From NCBI GenBank assembly GCA_000004985.1, contig GG738901.1: a DNA stretch of 64,000 bases; one strand, written 5' to 3'. The notes beneath the pieces were generated by a model. The model made no database searches, was not told the origin of the DNA, and saw only the letters and a list, made by a program, of their open reading frames with translations. This stretch comes from Naegleria gruberi (lineage: Eukaryota). Position 1 is the first letter of the stretch, and every line of letters starts with the position of its first letter. The translations under genes and the position numbers were made by a program. Shown one piece after another: positions 1 to 11,740 of the stretch.

Positions 1-623
1 CTATTTTGAATGTTTGCCAACAGATGTCCAAACATCGAATGACATACTTTCGAATATGCAATTCTCTTTCTTCCGCATTCATCATGCTATTAGTTTCTTT
101 CGATAGATGATAAATTCCATGTCGAAAGGTTGACTTTCCACTTGAACATGCTCCTAGAATTAGTATTTGTTTTTTGCATGGTGTAATTCTGCGTCTCAAA
201 GCAGTATCAATAGCTTGACTGTGAAGTTTCTGCTGCTTTCGTTTACTCATTTTTTTCTTTCGTGGTTCTGCAAAAAGTTCTTGTCTTGTTCACTATAAGT
301 AAGAGAAAGTAAGTTTGACTACAGCTCTGAAAAGTAATCTATTCGCAAATGAGGCAGTTTTACCACATTCCTAAATGAAAATTTTCTTTCCAAAAAAACA
401 TTTGTTGAATTTTGGCTCCTTTTACCCAGGAAAAATGAAAGTCCTTTAAAGTGCATTCCGACTTACTCACATATCTGTTCGTTCATTATTATCTGATCTA
501 TTTACCACATGCAATGAACCTCTTAAGAATCCATCAAGTGATAAAAAAACAAATAAATTGATCTCAATCATTGTAGAGGATTAAAATAATATTGTTTTTA
601 TTCAATTACTATTTTTAAAATCA

Positions 624-3600
624 ATGTTGAACAATAAATCTGAGCGAAGTGGTGATGAAAAAGAGGAGGATCTTGTGATTCAGAATCCCTCTAACTGTAA
701 ATGTAATAATCACAACAATGGTAAGCAGCATCTTGAAGGGACAAATTTAATGCAACAACCACAACCACTGTTGGATGATGATGTGAATGATATTCTTCAA
801 TTATTAACAATAGAAAGTTGCAGTGGAGGTTGTAGCTTTGATTGTCTTAAATTCGAAGAGAAGGAAGCAGTCGAAGAGGATACCTGTAATCCAATGTCGC
901 AACAACATCTTCCTTCCGATATCAAATCGGAACCAATTCTCCTACTGCTTACTGATAAGAAGGCAACATCAACAATGGATCACAACGTAAGTTATCATCA
1001 AACATGTAAATTAACGTGCCATTTGGGCGATTTGACTAATTCAGAAGTCGTATGCATCTAACAAACAAGGCGACAATTTTCATCATGAAAAAAGAACAGA
1101 CAATATCATCAACAAGAAGAACAAGGCTTCCTCATCATTAGGCAGTGCTTTTAAAGAAGATTTTGTAAATTTTGTTTCAGAATCCACAAGTTCCTCTTAC
1201 ATTCCGCAACAGCCATTCACAACATTATATTCGAAAAGAATGAAGGACGAAGAGATGGTGGAGAATAATCAATCTACTGTTAATGAAGATGGAATCAAGA
1301 CATCATCTGAAGCTAAACCAACACAATTTAACCACTCCTCACATCATCAAAGGCCTCATCATATTAACAAGGGTCTCGGAGAAGAACAACAATACAAATT
1401 TCCTTCATCTATTACACCACTTTCACTGGCCAATATTCATGCCAATGCATCGACTAACTTACTGCTAACTTCATCAACATTATTTAATTCTTCAAGTGAA
1501 TCACATGGTGGTGGAACCATTTCGAGAAGCTCCTCCAATACTTCAATGGATAGCTCCTCCTATTCACTCTTGAATAATCACCATCATCTAACCACATCTT
1601 CCTCACCCTCTGATGGTTTTCACTCAACTCTAAAATCCCTAGAAAATGTTCTCCCTCCATTCTTTACTCCATGCGTGCCACCTCATGCATCATTCAATTA
1701 CTATTCAGAACATTATTGGGGAGAACATCCCTTATCACTAACCTCCTTCTCTCCAATTCTTCATTATGAAAAGAAGTCATCTCTAACGATTATTTGTCGA
1801 TACACACCACAACAAACTAGGAATTCTCCAAGAAGGGAGAGACCTTCCTCTCAAAAAGAATTAATAGAGAATGAGATTTATTGTCTGAAAGTTTCACTGG
1901 ACAAACCATCCATTCCAAAGCTGGAAAGGGATGCAGAAATTTCTCGATTCTTGACCAATGAATTTTCTCAAGTGTTGGATCCAGCACAACAGGTTATTGT
2001 CAGTACTAAGGCCTATTTGTCTGATTATTTTATTCTCGTGAGGGAGTTTATTGATTGTGTTTCGTTGAGATCATTTATTGATAGATCGAAAACATATGCT
2101 AGAGCAGAACCAATTACTGATGAGAATTTTGAAACCTTAACAGATGATACTGTAACACTTCTCAATGAAGAACAACGAGTGAAAGAAAACATTACAATAT
2201 TGGAAAGTAATTTAACACTTGCTATTTCTATTTGTATGAGTGTTGCTCAACTGCATCACTCAAGAGTTTGTCATGCTGACATTAGGCCAGAAAATATAAT
2301 TGTAGAAGGACCTAAATGCAATATAAGATTGATTGATTTTGGAAAGAGTACATTCCTCCCTTTGGAGCATCCATTTTTATATACCGATAAAATTATTGGT
2401 AGTCAAATGTATTGTGCTCCAGAGGCAACAGGAAAGATTCCAAAACCAATAGGTTTCCACACTGATATATATTCACTTGGATTTGTTCTCTTTGAGTTAT
2501 TTTCCAAAGAACATCCATTTACCAAGTTTAGGACATTAGATTTCGTATTTCAACATTTGACTCAACAGCCAGAGTCCTTGTTTCAAAATCTAGCGAGAAG
2601 GTCTTTTATATCAGCCAATGAAGGAAACCTATTCACAGCTGCTACTAAAGCAATTTCAAGACTAATTACCAAAGCAATTCAAAAATCTATTGAGAAACGT
2701 TATTTGAGTATTTTTGGATTGAAACGAGATTTGGTCTACATACAGAATGCTATTCAACTAGAAGATATGGAAGCTCTTGAAAATTTTCAAGCTGGTATGA
2801 ATGATGTTCAAACAACTTTATCCATACCTTATGGTGTATATGGTAGAGAGGAAATTTTCAAAAAATTGGAACTGAAACTTGAAAATATGATGGAATCTAG
2901 TGAGCCAACGATTGTCCTTCTGGGGGGCTATAGTGGCATAGGTAAATCATGTATTGTTAAGGAGTTTAGGACAAGAAGTAAAACAGCAATACAATTCTTT
3001 GAGGCAAAATACGATCAACATATGAATGTACCTTACTATGCCATTATTTCCATATGTAAACAAATTATTGGCGACGTTCTTGGAGAATCTGAATCAGTGA
3101 TTAAGGATTTCAGATTCCAACTTGGTACACTTATCAATTCAGATCAATTAGAAATGTTGAGTGATGCAATTCCTGACATGTCATATTTATTTACAACTAA
3201 TGCAACCAAAAAGCATACCTCCCCATCAATGGGAGATCAGAATGGAGAGCGTATGAAGCTCTTTTCACAAGGAAGTAAGTAATATTTTGAATTTAACATT
3301 ATAACAATATTATATTGCTCAGTTATTCATCTCTTTAGTGTTTATACTCATTTAAAGAAAAAGAGGTTATGCATTTTCTTGGATGACTTGCAATGGACTG
3401 ATTTTGATAGCATGAAGCTATTGAAGGAAATTCTTGGAACTGGTTCTTGTGATACTGTTCCTCTTTTAATTATTGGAGCATATAGAAATAACGAAGTGGG
3501 AAAGGACCATCCTCTATTTTACTTTTTAGAAAATCTCAAACTTAAAGTGAACATTGAAGAAATTGAAGTTGTTGAGTTGACAGAAGATCAATCTAACATG

Positions 3601-6600
3601 ATTGTCTCAGAGTCTTTAAGGAAAAATAGAGCTGAAACAGAAGAACTAACCAAAATACTCTTCTCTAGGACGAATGGAAACCCCTTCTTTTTAAAGCAGT
3701 TATTGGCTGGTTTATTTAAGGACGGATCTATTTATTTCGATACTCAAACAGATACTATTACATGGGATAAAAAGAAAATAGAAAATGCAGAATACTCTGA
3801 AAATGTTATTGACTATCTCCTTGGACATTTGGAAAAATTACCAAAACAAACACAAGATATTCTTGCATTTGCTTCTTGCTTTGGAAATAAGTTTTCCAAT
3901 GAAGACATGCTCCACCTACTCAATCAGCAACAAGAAGAAAAGATAGACTTGATGCAACTTAAAGAAAGATTGAACTATGCGGTGAAGGAGGGATGGATTT
4001 CAAATATCAATTCTGGTAATTTACGATTTAATCATGATAGACTCCAACAAGCTGCTTATGAATCACTGCCTTTGAATGAAAGGTTGAGAATTCACTATAC
4101 CTATGGTAAGCAGCTTCTCAAAAAAGCAGAAGAAGATGATTCTTTGGAGGAACGTTTATTTGATATAGTTGTACAGTTAAATCACAAACATAATGATCCT
4201 GCTTTCTTGGAGAATAGAGATGAGAGAAGATTACTCATTGACCTCAATAATAGAGCTGCAAAGAAGGCTTTGGAAACATCATCTACAGATAAAGCCATTG
4301 GCTTTGTTTATATTGCAAGGCAAATTCTAGAACACGAACCAGACTGTTGGAGTGAAGAAACTTATAAGTTGGCTTTTGAGAGTTTACTAATTGTTGGTAA
4401 TTGTAACTATTCTGTAAATATAGAATTGGCAACCTCTCTATTCATGGAAGCTATTCAAAAAGCTCAAAACAAGACAGATCTTTATGAGGCATGCAACCAT
4501 GGATTGATGGCCTATCTTTCACAAGGAAAATATGAAGATGTGTTTAAAATTTTGACTGATCATGTATTTACTACATATGAAGAGTTGAATTTCCTTACTC
4601 AGGAGCATACTGTTGAATCCTTGACAACATGGATACTTAACAAGATGAAATACATGAAAGAACATGTGCTCGTTAATTTTACTCAAAAATCTGACATTCT
4701 CAATTTGCCAGATATTGATGATTTGGAAAAGTGGCATCTTATTTGTTTGCTCACTCAATCCTGTCCTGCTGTTTTTCATATGAATAACTCACTCAGCAAA
4801 CACTACTTTATGATTATGATATTAATATCGTCTGATATAGTTTTAAATAATGGCATTACTCCTCTTTCCCCATTGTTAATTTCAGTCTTTGCATGGTCTT
4901 GGTGTAATTTTGAGTTTTATCCTCAGATGAACATGTTCTTAGAGGCAGGATTAGAGATGGAAAAGACTAGATTCAGGAATGAGCATGAATTGGCAAGTTG
5001 CACATTGATGAAGTTGATGAGTTATTACTTTTCGCCAACAATTAACCCTCTTGAGGTGTGGAATATATCCGAGGAAGCCTTCTTATTGTCTGTGAAATCA
5101 AAGAACAAACACTATGGCGGTTTCTCTATTCTGTGGTATCCATTCCATCACTTATTCTATAGCCACGGAGATGTAAAGACTTCTATTGGATTGAGCTTGA
5201 ATTCAATTGAGATTTTCAAGAGAAATGGAAATGTTATGTTGATGGATGCCAGTAAAATGATACTGGAATTGAAATATGTTCTTTCAGGAGATGTAGACCA
5301 TTACCTGCCAACGTATGTAAGCCAAGTGAAGGAATATCCATTCTTTAGACAAATGCACTACTCGTTCAAGGGAATTTCACTCTATTTCCAAAATGATATT
5401 GAAAAATCTTTCAAGTGTATGGAAAAATCGTATGATTTTAGAGAAGACTCTGTTGGTATGTGTTCAAGCTGGATTGATTTAATCTTCCTAGGTTTAATCT
5501 CAGCTATCTTTTTGAGAAGTGCTCAAGAAAAGATTGAAAAAGCCCAAGAAATACTGAAATATTCTATAGAAAGATTGGAAATGATTTCCCAAGCTAATTC
5601 TTCTGTTTTTCTTGCTCCTTTGGAGTTCATAAGAGCCGAGACATTGTACTCAGAATATTGTAGAACAGGTGTCGAAAATACTAGAAAAATCATTTCTCAC
5701 TACAGAAAGAGTTATATTATGGCTGAAAAGGAAAGAAACACCTTTTTAGCTAGGCTGATTAATTTGAGAACAGGAGAGTTTTACAACAGTCTAGGTATGG
5801 ATGATGGTATTAGTGGAAACTACTTCCTTAGAGCTATGGAATCTTTTGAACAGTTTGGTGCTTCCATCGTTGTTGATTATATTTTGGAGAATTATTCAGG
5901 TCACATCGATGGCTATTCATCATTTAGTAATAGAAATCCTGAACAAGTATTCTCTAACACTTCTCTATCTGATGAAACAACAGATCACTCTCTTGCTGGA
6001 GTAACAAAGAGCAGAATTTCTGAATCAACAGAATTGGATTTTAGAGAGATTTTCATTTCAATTCTGCCAATTCTTTCAGAACAAACGTTATCACCAAGAT
6101 GTTGTTTGATTTTGAAGAGAGATTCAACAGTTTATGTAGATGCCGAATTTAATGCAGACCTGAATTCTATTGAAGCACTTTCGTCTACCAAACAATTCGA
6201 AAATAGTGATTTGGACAAATTTTCAGATTTATTCCCTCTCAAGATGATTCACAGAACTCTAAGATCCAGAACAGAGCAACAACTCGTATGGAATGACAAT
6301 GAGAAAGAGTATTACTTTGTGAAGAATGTAGTGGCCTCTGCTTTATCTATTCCTATCATGAAGAAAAAGACAGTCATAGGTATGCTTTTTATTATTATTT
6401 TATTTATATTATTTAATGTATTAAGGTTGTATATACTTGGAAAATAAGGAAACGAAGGATGTATTCACAACTGAAAAAATTAACCTTGCCAAACTTATCA
6501 TCTCGATCAGTTTGGACAATGCTGGAATTTTCACATCTATTAACAAATCCTATGCTAGGTTTTTACCTGCTGAATTCTTAAAGTTGCTTGGAAAGAGTCA

Positions 6601-7423
6601 CGTAACTAAGGTAAGGTTGGGCGATGCAGTTTCTAGAGAAATGACAGTGCTCTTCAGTGATATTTATGGATTTACAGAGATTATGGAGGGACTTTCTGCA
6701 AAGGATGGCTTTGCTTTTATTAATCTACTATTGAAGAGTATTGCACCTCCAATTTCAAGAAACTCTGGATTTATTGACAAGTTTGTTGGTGATGGAATAT
6801 TGGCATTGTTTATTGAACCGCAAGGAGCTGTCACTGCAGCTTTAGAAATGATTTCAGAATTGGAAGTTTTCAATAGTAGAAATAATACCAATGTAAAGTT
6901 GGGAGTTGGTTTGCATCATGGTATTGTTCAACTTGGTACGATTGGATATGAGCAACGATTGGATGCTACTGTTATTTCAGATACTGTGAACACAGCTAGC
7001 AGATGTGAATCTCTCACAAGAACTTTTCATTCACATATTCTAGTTACTAAACCAGTTATGGATGCTGTTACAGTGCCACACAGTGTGATAAGTACCGAGT
7101 TGGGTAAATTCATGCTGAAAGGAAAACACATACCTCATCAAATTTACAATATCGCTTCTAAATCATGGAAAGGAAGTGGTAGTGCTAAAGAATTCGCTTT
7201 ACTAAGCAAAGTTATTGATCTCTTCTCCAGGAGTGAATTTACCGAATCATTTGCCCTCGCAGAAACAATTCTCAAGAATACAAAGAACAATACCATTATA
7301 GCTGCATGCAACATGTATAAGGAAGCATCAACATTATACGGATCAGTTGTTTTACCAAGTGAATGGCAAGGTGAAATTCGGTTGACCAAGGATGGAGAAG
7401 TCAGAGAGTACTTTTCAAAATAA
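624..7423 (+). CDS. Multidomain signalling protein of about 2212 aa: N-terminal Ser/Thr protein kinase, STAND/AAA_16 P-loop NTPase, long TPR-like helical region, C-terminal class III adenylyl/guanylyl cyclase. Exons 624..986, 1045..3278, 3339..6379, 6426..7423.
   Basis: Kinase catalytic loop 'HADIRPENI' and 'DFGKS'. Walker A 'GGYSGIGKS'. The AAA_16 box 'RLCIFLDDLQWTDFDS' is restored only after removing the 60-nt intron 3279..3338 (GTAAT...TCTCTTTAG). Cyclase motifs 'VLFSDIYGFTEIME', 'KFVGDGILALF', 'GVGLHHG', 'NTASRCESL'. Introns 987..1044 (GTAAGT..TTCAG), 3279..3338 and 6380..6425 (GTATGC..TTAAG) keep the frame; total CDS 6636 nt = 2212 codons. ORF-track pieces 624..1061, 1240..3282, 3379..6447 and 6437..7423 are joined by these introns. 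Confidence 0.72.
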
Positions 7424-7582
7424 ATGAGAGATTTCAGATAAATGAAAATTAATTTTCAACAAGCAATCCATCAAACCATTCAGAATCCAATTTAAATATA
7501 AATGGAAATTATCACATTGTACAACAATTAGCATATTAGTCACCTCATCCCAATAAATCACAACAAACCAAATTGAAAAAAA

Positions 7583-10039
7583 ATGAAAAAACGACATTCA
7601 ACCTTTTCCACCACAATCAATCATCGAGATTTGATTAAATCATCTAATTTTAATTCATTATCTACTAGTAATATTCAATCATCATCATCACCAATATTGA
7701 GCACTACTTCTAGAAAAGGCTTCCGAGAACGACCACTCATCAAATTCATATTAAAACAACGTTCCAAACGATTGCAACAACAAGGCTCTAGTGAGTTTGC
7801 TGGTGCGGAAGTGGAAATTTTGAAGGCTTGTTGGAGAAAAATAGAGGAAGAGGAGATGAAGGACTATCGAGAAAATCTCTCGAATCGATTGGGGTTTTAT
7901 TTTGATGATGAGGAATTGTTGGCCATGTTCGGAAATCAATTGATGAAGGATGAAGAGGAACTACAGCAGAGGACGACAATGGATACTACCAACACTGAAC
8001 CAAGTTCGGCTGGTGGTGCTACTCTTGACAATTCTTCACTGAAGAGTGGTGACAGTGCTCGTTCATTGACAAGTTTCGGATCTGACTCGAAACTAAATTC
8101 GCCAATTAGTCCCAACCTCGACAAGAAGCATTTGCAGTCAACTTCATCGACCAAAAGCTCCACTTCATTTGCATCCTTCTCTGGTGCACCATCATCACTC
8201 ACACCAAGCCCAAACATTGAGGAGAACAAAAATCTTTCCTACCTCTACGATATTCATACTTTTCCTAGCAAGCTGAATCTGATACCAACCATGCATTATA
8301 ATGTGTTGGATGTTGTTGAGTTGTCCTCTGTACAGCAAATTGTAAATATAACAAGTCCTTCTTCGGAGATTGGGATACTTAAAGATTGTACAAATGATTC
8401 TTCTCCTACTGTAAATATTGAATCAACCACTTTTAGTCTCGAGATTTTAGATAGTTTTATTACTGTTGATTCTTTTGAAGATTTTTCAAATCCTTCATAT
8501 AATCCACTCAATATTAGACATTTATATTGTGATTATTGGTCCAACAAACTAGAATTCAAACAAAGGATCAGTAAATCTTCTCTTACTTCAAACAATAAGA
8601 AGGAAAATGAAAAATCAAAAAACTATATACCATTTGAAGAATTGGAAAAATGTAGAAATTGTACAGAACTCAAATTGAACAATAACAAGATTAGATCTCT
8701 AGATTCTAAACATTTTACCAATTTTGCACACTTGACAGAATTGAATCTATCTTCGAATAGAATGTCTAAAGCAAGACTGCCTGAGGATATTTTCTCACAT
8801 ATGCCACATTTGCAGAGGCTTTCTCTCGATTATATGGGTCTTAAGACTCTACCAAAATCAATTAACAAATTGGTAGAGCTTACCTACCTTTCACTTTCCT
8901 TTAACAAATTGAACACTTTCAACTTGCTACATGGAAAAGACAGACACTTGAATGATTTTTGGCCAAAATTGACCAATTTGGAGTACTTGAATTTGTCTGG
9001 AAATAGATTGAATAGATTTCCTTCAGAAATTTGTAATTGCAAATCATTGGAATTTTTGAGTTTGTCCAACAATAGAATAATTAACGAGATACCAAAGGAA
9101 ATTGAAAATCTCAAAAAATTAGCAATACTCTTCTTGAATGGAAACAAAGTTACTGCTCTTGATATTAATAGAAATTTGGAATTTTTAGAGAATTTGACCC
9201 ATTTGGAATTGGGTCACAATCCTAATATCCATGTGGTTCCACCTCCTGTTTACAATTTAACCAAATTAGAATCACTCTGTTTGAGCCATCTAACCATTAG
9301 TCATTTATCGGATGATATTGGAAAATTAAGAAATTTGACTCACTTGGATTTGTATGGCTCCAAACTAACTGGTCTTCCAAAGGGTATTTCACAGCTTATC
9401 AACCTTAGGAATTTGGATATGCGATATTGCAGAGGTATCAAGGAGTTCCCTATTGAATTGTTTGGTCAAAAAGTTTCAAGTAGCACTATCACTACTACCT
9501 CTCCAATGAAATCCCTTACTAGATTGAGTCTTAGCTATACAATGATAGAGAGCATTCCTGAGGATATTTCCTCTCTCCAGAGTTTACAAGCACTTTTGGT
9601 GAATGACTGTCCCTTGCTCGAAGAAATTAAGGGTATTGACAAGCTTGTCAATCTTGTAGAGTTTGACATCAGTCGTTGCATCTCCCTTGTTGAGCCTCCT
9701 TCTGATGTGTGTGAGAGAGGTCTTGCCCACATTAGAGGATATCTGAAAGAAAAGGACGATGGACCTTCTATTTTTTTAAAGTTTATTGGATCAGTATTTG
9801 GTGGAAATACCTCAAATAATTCCTCCACCAACAAGAAGAAACTACCTTCACCAATAGGCACAGAAAACAACCTCAAAGTGGAACACAATGAATTACTTGT
9901 TGCCTCACCAGTACCAAGCATTAATTCTGGAGATGATGATGGTGATAGTGATTCTGATGATGAGATTGGCGCATCTAAAAAGAAGAAACCAAGTCCAAGT
10001 GGCAGTACTGTCAAGTCATTATTTTCCTTTTGGAAATAA
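7583..10039 (+). CDS. Leucine-rich-repeat protein of 818 aa, with an S/T-rich N-terminus and an acidic C-terminus.
   Basis: Single long ORF. Tandem LxxLxLxxN repeats ('LTELNLSSNRMS', 'LEYLNLSGNRLNRFPSEI', 'LEFLSLSNNRIINEIPKEI', 'LTHLDLYGSKLTGLP'). ATG preceded by an A-run. Confidence 0.7.
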   Translation: MKKRHSTFSTTINHRDLIKSSNFNSLSTSNIQSSSSPILSTTSRKGFRERPLIKFILKQRSKRLQQQGSSEFAGAEVEILKACWRKIEEEEMKDYRENLSNRLGFYFDDEELLAMFGNQLMKDEEELQQRTTMDTTNTEPSSAGGATLDNSSLKSGDSARSLTSFGSDSKLNSPISPNLDKKHLQSTSSTKSSTSFASFSGAPSSLTPSPNIEENKNLSYLYDIHTFPSKLNLIPTMHYNVLDVVELSSVQQIVNITSPSSEIGILKDCTNDSSPTVNIESTTFSLEILDSFITVDSFEDFSNPSYNPLNIRHLYCDYWSNKLEFKQRISKSSLTSNNKKENEKSKNYIPFEELEKCRNCTELKLNNNKIRSLDSKHFTNFAHLTELNLSSNRMSKARLPEDIFSHMPHLQRLSLDYMGLKTLPKSINKLVELTYLSLSFNKLNTFNLLHGKDRHLNDFWPKLTNLEYLNLSGNRLNRFPSEICNCKSLEFLSLSNNRIINEIPKEIENLKKLAILFLNGNKVTALDINRNLEFLENLTHLELGHNPNIHVVPPPVYNLTKLESLCLSHLTISHLSDDIGKLRNLTHLDLYGSKLTGLPKGISQLINLRNLDMRYCRGIKEFPIELFGQKVSSSTITTTSPMKSLTRLSLSYTMIESIPEDISSLQSLQALLVNDCPLLEEIKGIDKLVNLVEFDISRCISLVEPPSDVCERGLAHIRGYLKEKDDGPSIFLKFIGSVFGGNTSNNSSTNKKKLPSPIGTENNLKVEHNELLVASPVPSINSGDDDGDSDSDDEIGASKKKKPSPSGSTVKSLFSFWK

Positions 10040-10137
10040 AGTGTTGAGTAAATAAAAACTGATGAAACATTTAGACATCACCAAATATAATGTCGTTTTT
10101 TCCCGTAAATGAGAAATATTTGCATTAAGAACAAGAT

Positions 10138-10209
10138 TCCCGTGTAGTCCAATGGCTAGGATACCTGGCTTTCACCCAGGAGGTCCGGGTTCAATTCCCG
10201 GCATGGGAG
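10138..10209 (+). tRNA. tRNA-Glu (anticodon UUC), 72 nt, no encoded CCA.
   Basis: Acceptor TCCCGTG / CATGGGA with one G-U. D-arm GTCCAATGGCTAGGAT. Anticodon stem CCTGG/CCAGG with loop CTTTCAC. T-arm CCGGGTTCAATTCCCGG. Followed by TCGTTTTTTATTTTT, a Pol III-type T-run. Confidence 0.85.
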
Positions 10210-10271
10210 AATCGTTTTTTATTTTTAAAAGTAATCTACAATGAAGTATTGTATTTTTTAAGCTTGATTCT

Positions 10272-11690
10272 TTATTCAGTACTTGGATTGTAAAATTCGT
10301 TAATGGAAGAGTGAGAAATAGATGCCACAAACTTTTCTTTGGTAATTTCATAGTACGACTCGACAGAATTATAATCTGCATCAGGATTTTTTGCTAGCAT
10401 GTTGGCATTGGTGATAAGATGATGCATTAGAGAGTCTTTCTCTATTAAATTGTCCTGAATCATTTTGTGAACCATTCCTGAACTGAAATAATTTGTTGAA
10501 TCCCATCTATTATGTGGTAACTGTGTTAAAATCTCTAAATAGAGAAGACCTCCAACAATATCCAATGTAAATATATTCTCCAACAATGACACATATTTCA
10601 CAGATAACCTTACCAGTTTTGGAAATCTGCTTCTAGTAATTCCTTGTAAAATATTCTTCTCTGCGGTATCATCTAAAAATTGAGGCATTTTGATTGTCAA
10701 ATCAATTACGTTTTGGAAAGAACAGTCCTCTAAAAATTTAACATTCGTCCAATCACTATCTCCACCTAAAATTAAGGATAGAAAAAGGACACTGTTTGGT
10801 ATTTGAAACTTTTCACTTTCCTCCTGTGATATTTCTATTGACATGGCAATAAATCTGTTTGAAAACAACAAATTATCTTTTGCATCTGAAGAGGAAACCA
10901 TCAATCCAATAGCATTGCTATTCAGAGTACTACTGAGAGATGTGAGTAAACCTAGGTTCATTAGTTGGCATTCCTCAAGAGTAGAAAACTCATTATAACT
11001 CGAATTTCTCTCACTATCAAAGTATGATATCATTTCCAATGATAAAATCAATGCCTTATGTAGAAACAACTCATAGCTGCCAAGGGAGAGGTTTTTCTCA
11101 ATCCTTTGCATCTTTTCATTGTCCACCATTAACTTGGCGAATCTATGATCAAATATCTCCTCAACATCCCAGTCGTAATATTCATTTTCCATTTGATTGA
11201 AATCTATTGTAAAACCATACGTGCTAAAAATGTTGTTTAATTCAACAATGTTGCGATATTCACTATTTACGCCCATTTCAGTTCTTTCAATCAACTTTTG
11301 TAAGTTAGCCATTTTCAACGTCTCTTCTTCATTAATATCACCCCTGGCGAGTTGAAGCCCACTATAAGAGTCATATCTTCTCAAATACAGAGTCATTTCA
11401 AATATGTTGGAAACTTTCAGCCAAAACTCTTGCATTTCCTCATCGTTTAATAATTGATCCCTAAGAGATTTAGAAACACAACAACAAACTGCATGAACTG
11501 CTCTTACCTGTGTCAATTTAATATACGAAAATAAGTATTGGTCGTAAAATCGAAAATAGACACACGGATACATTTTACCAAAGCGGCTGATAGGTCCTAG
11601 AAGATATTCAAAAATACTAAATTTCCACAGGTCTGTGGGAATATCCAACAAGGAAGAGTGTGGGTGATGGGGTTGTTGTGATGTGAACAT
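10272..11690 (-). CDS. Hypothetical protein of 472 aa, possibly with an F-box-like N-terminus.
   Basis: Intact ORF with an A9 run before the ATG. N-terminal 'IPTDLWKFSIFEYLLGP' is weakly F-box-like. No other recognisable motif. Confidence 0.5.
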   Translation of the reverse strand: MFTSQQPHHPHSSLLDIPTDLWKFSIFEYLLGPISRFGKMYPCVYFRFYDQYLFSYIKLTQVRAVHAVCCCVSKSLRDQLLNDEEMQEFWLKVSNIFEMTLYLRRYDSYSGLQLARGDINEEETLKMANLQKLIERTEMGVNSEYRNIVELNNIFSTYGFTIDFNQMENEYYDWDVEEIFDHRFAKLMVDNEKMQRIEKNLSLGSYELFLHKALILSLEMISYFDSERNSSYNEFSTLEECQLMNLGLLTSLSSTLNSNAIGLMVSSSDAKDNLLFSNRFIAMSIEISQEESEKFQIPNSVLFLSLILGGDSDWTNVKFLEDCSFQNVIDLTIKMPQFLDDTAEKNILQGITRSRFPKLVRLSVKYVSLLENIFTLDIVGGLLYLEILTQLPHNRWDSTNYFSSGMVHKMIQDNLIEKDSLMHHLITNANMLAKNPDADYNSVESYYEITKEKFVASISHSSINEFYNPSTE

Positions 11691-11740
11691 TTTTTTTTCA
11701 GTGTCGAACTAATCCAAAGTTCATATTTACAAAGGTGCAT

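Noticed and set aside
4519-4779. Many 60-160-aa antisense or out-of-frame ORFs inside long genes (for example 4519..4779, 6664..6891, 7936..8229, 9535..10014, 12996..13268, 35306..35500, 55935..56234, 61029..61439).
   Set aside because: They are fully contained in well-supported longer genes on the opposite strand or in another frame, have low complexity and no motifs. They are chance ORFs in AT-rich sequence.
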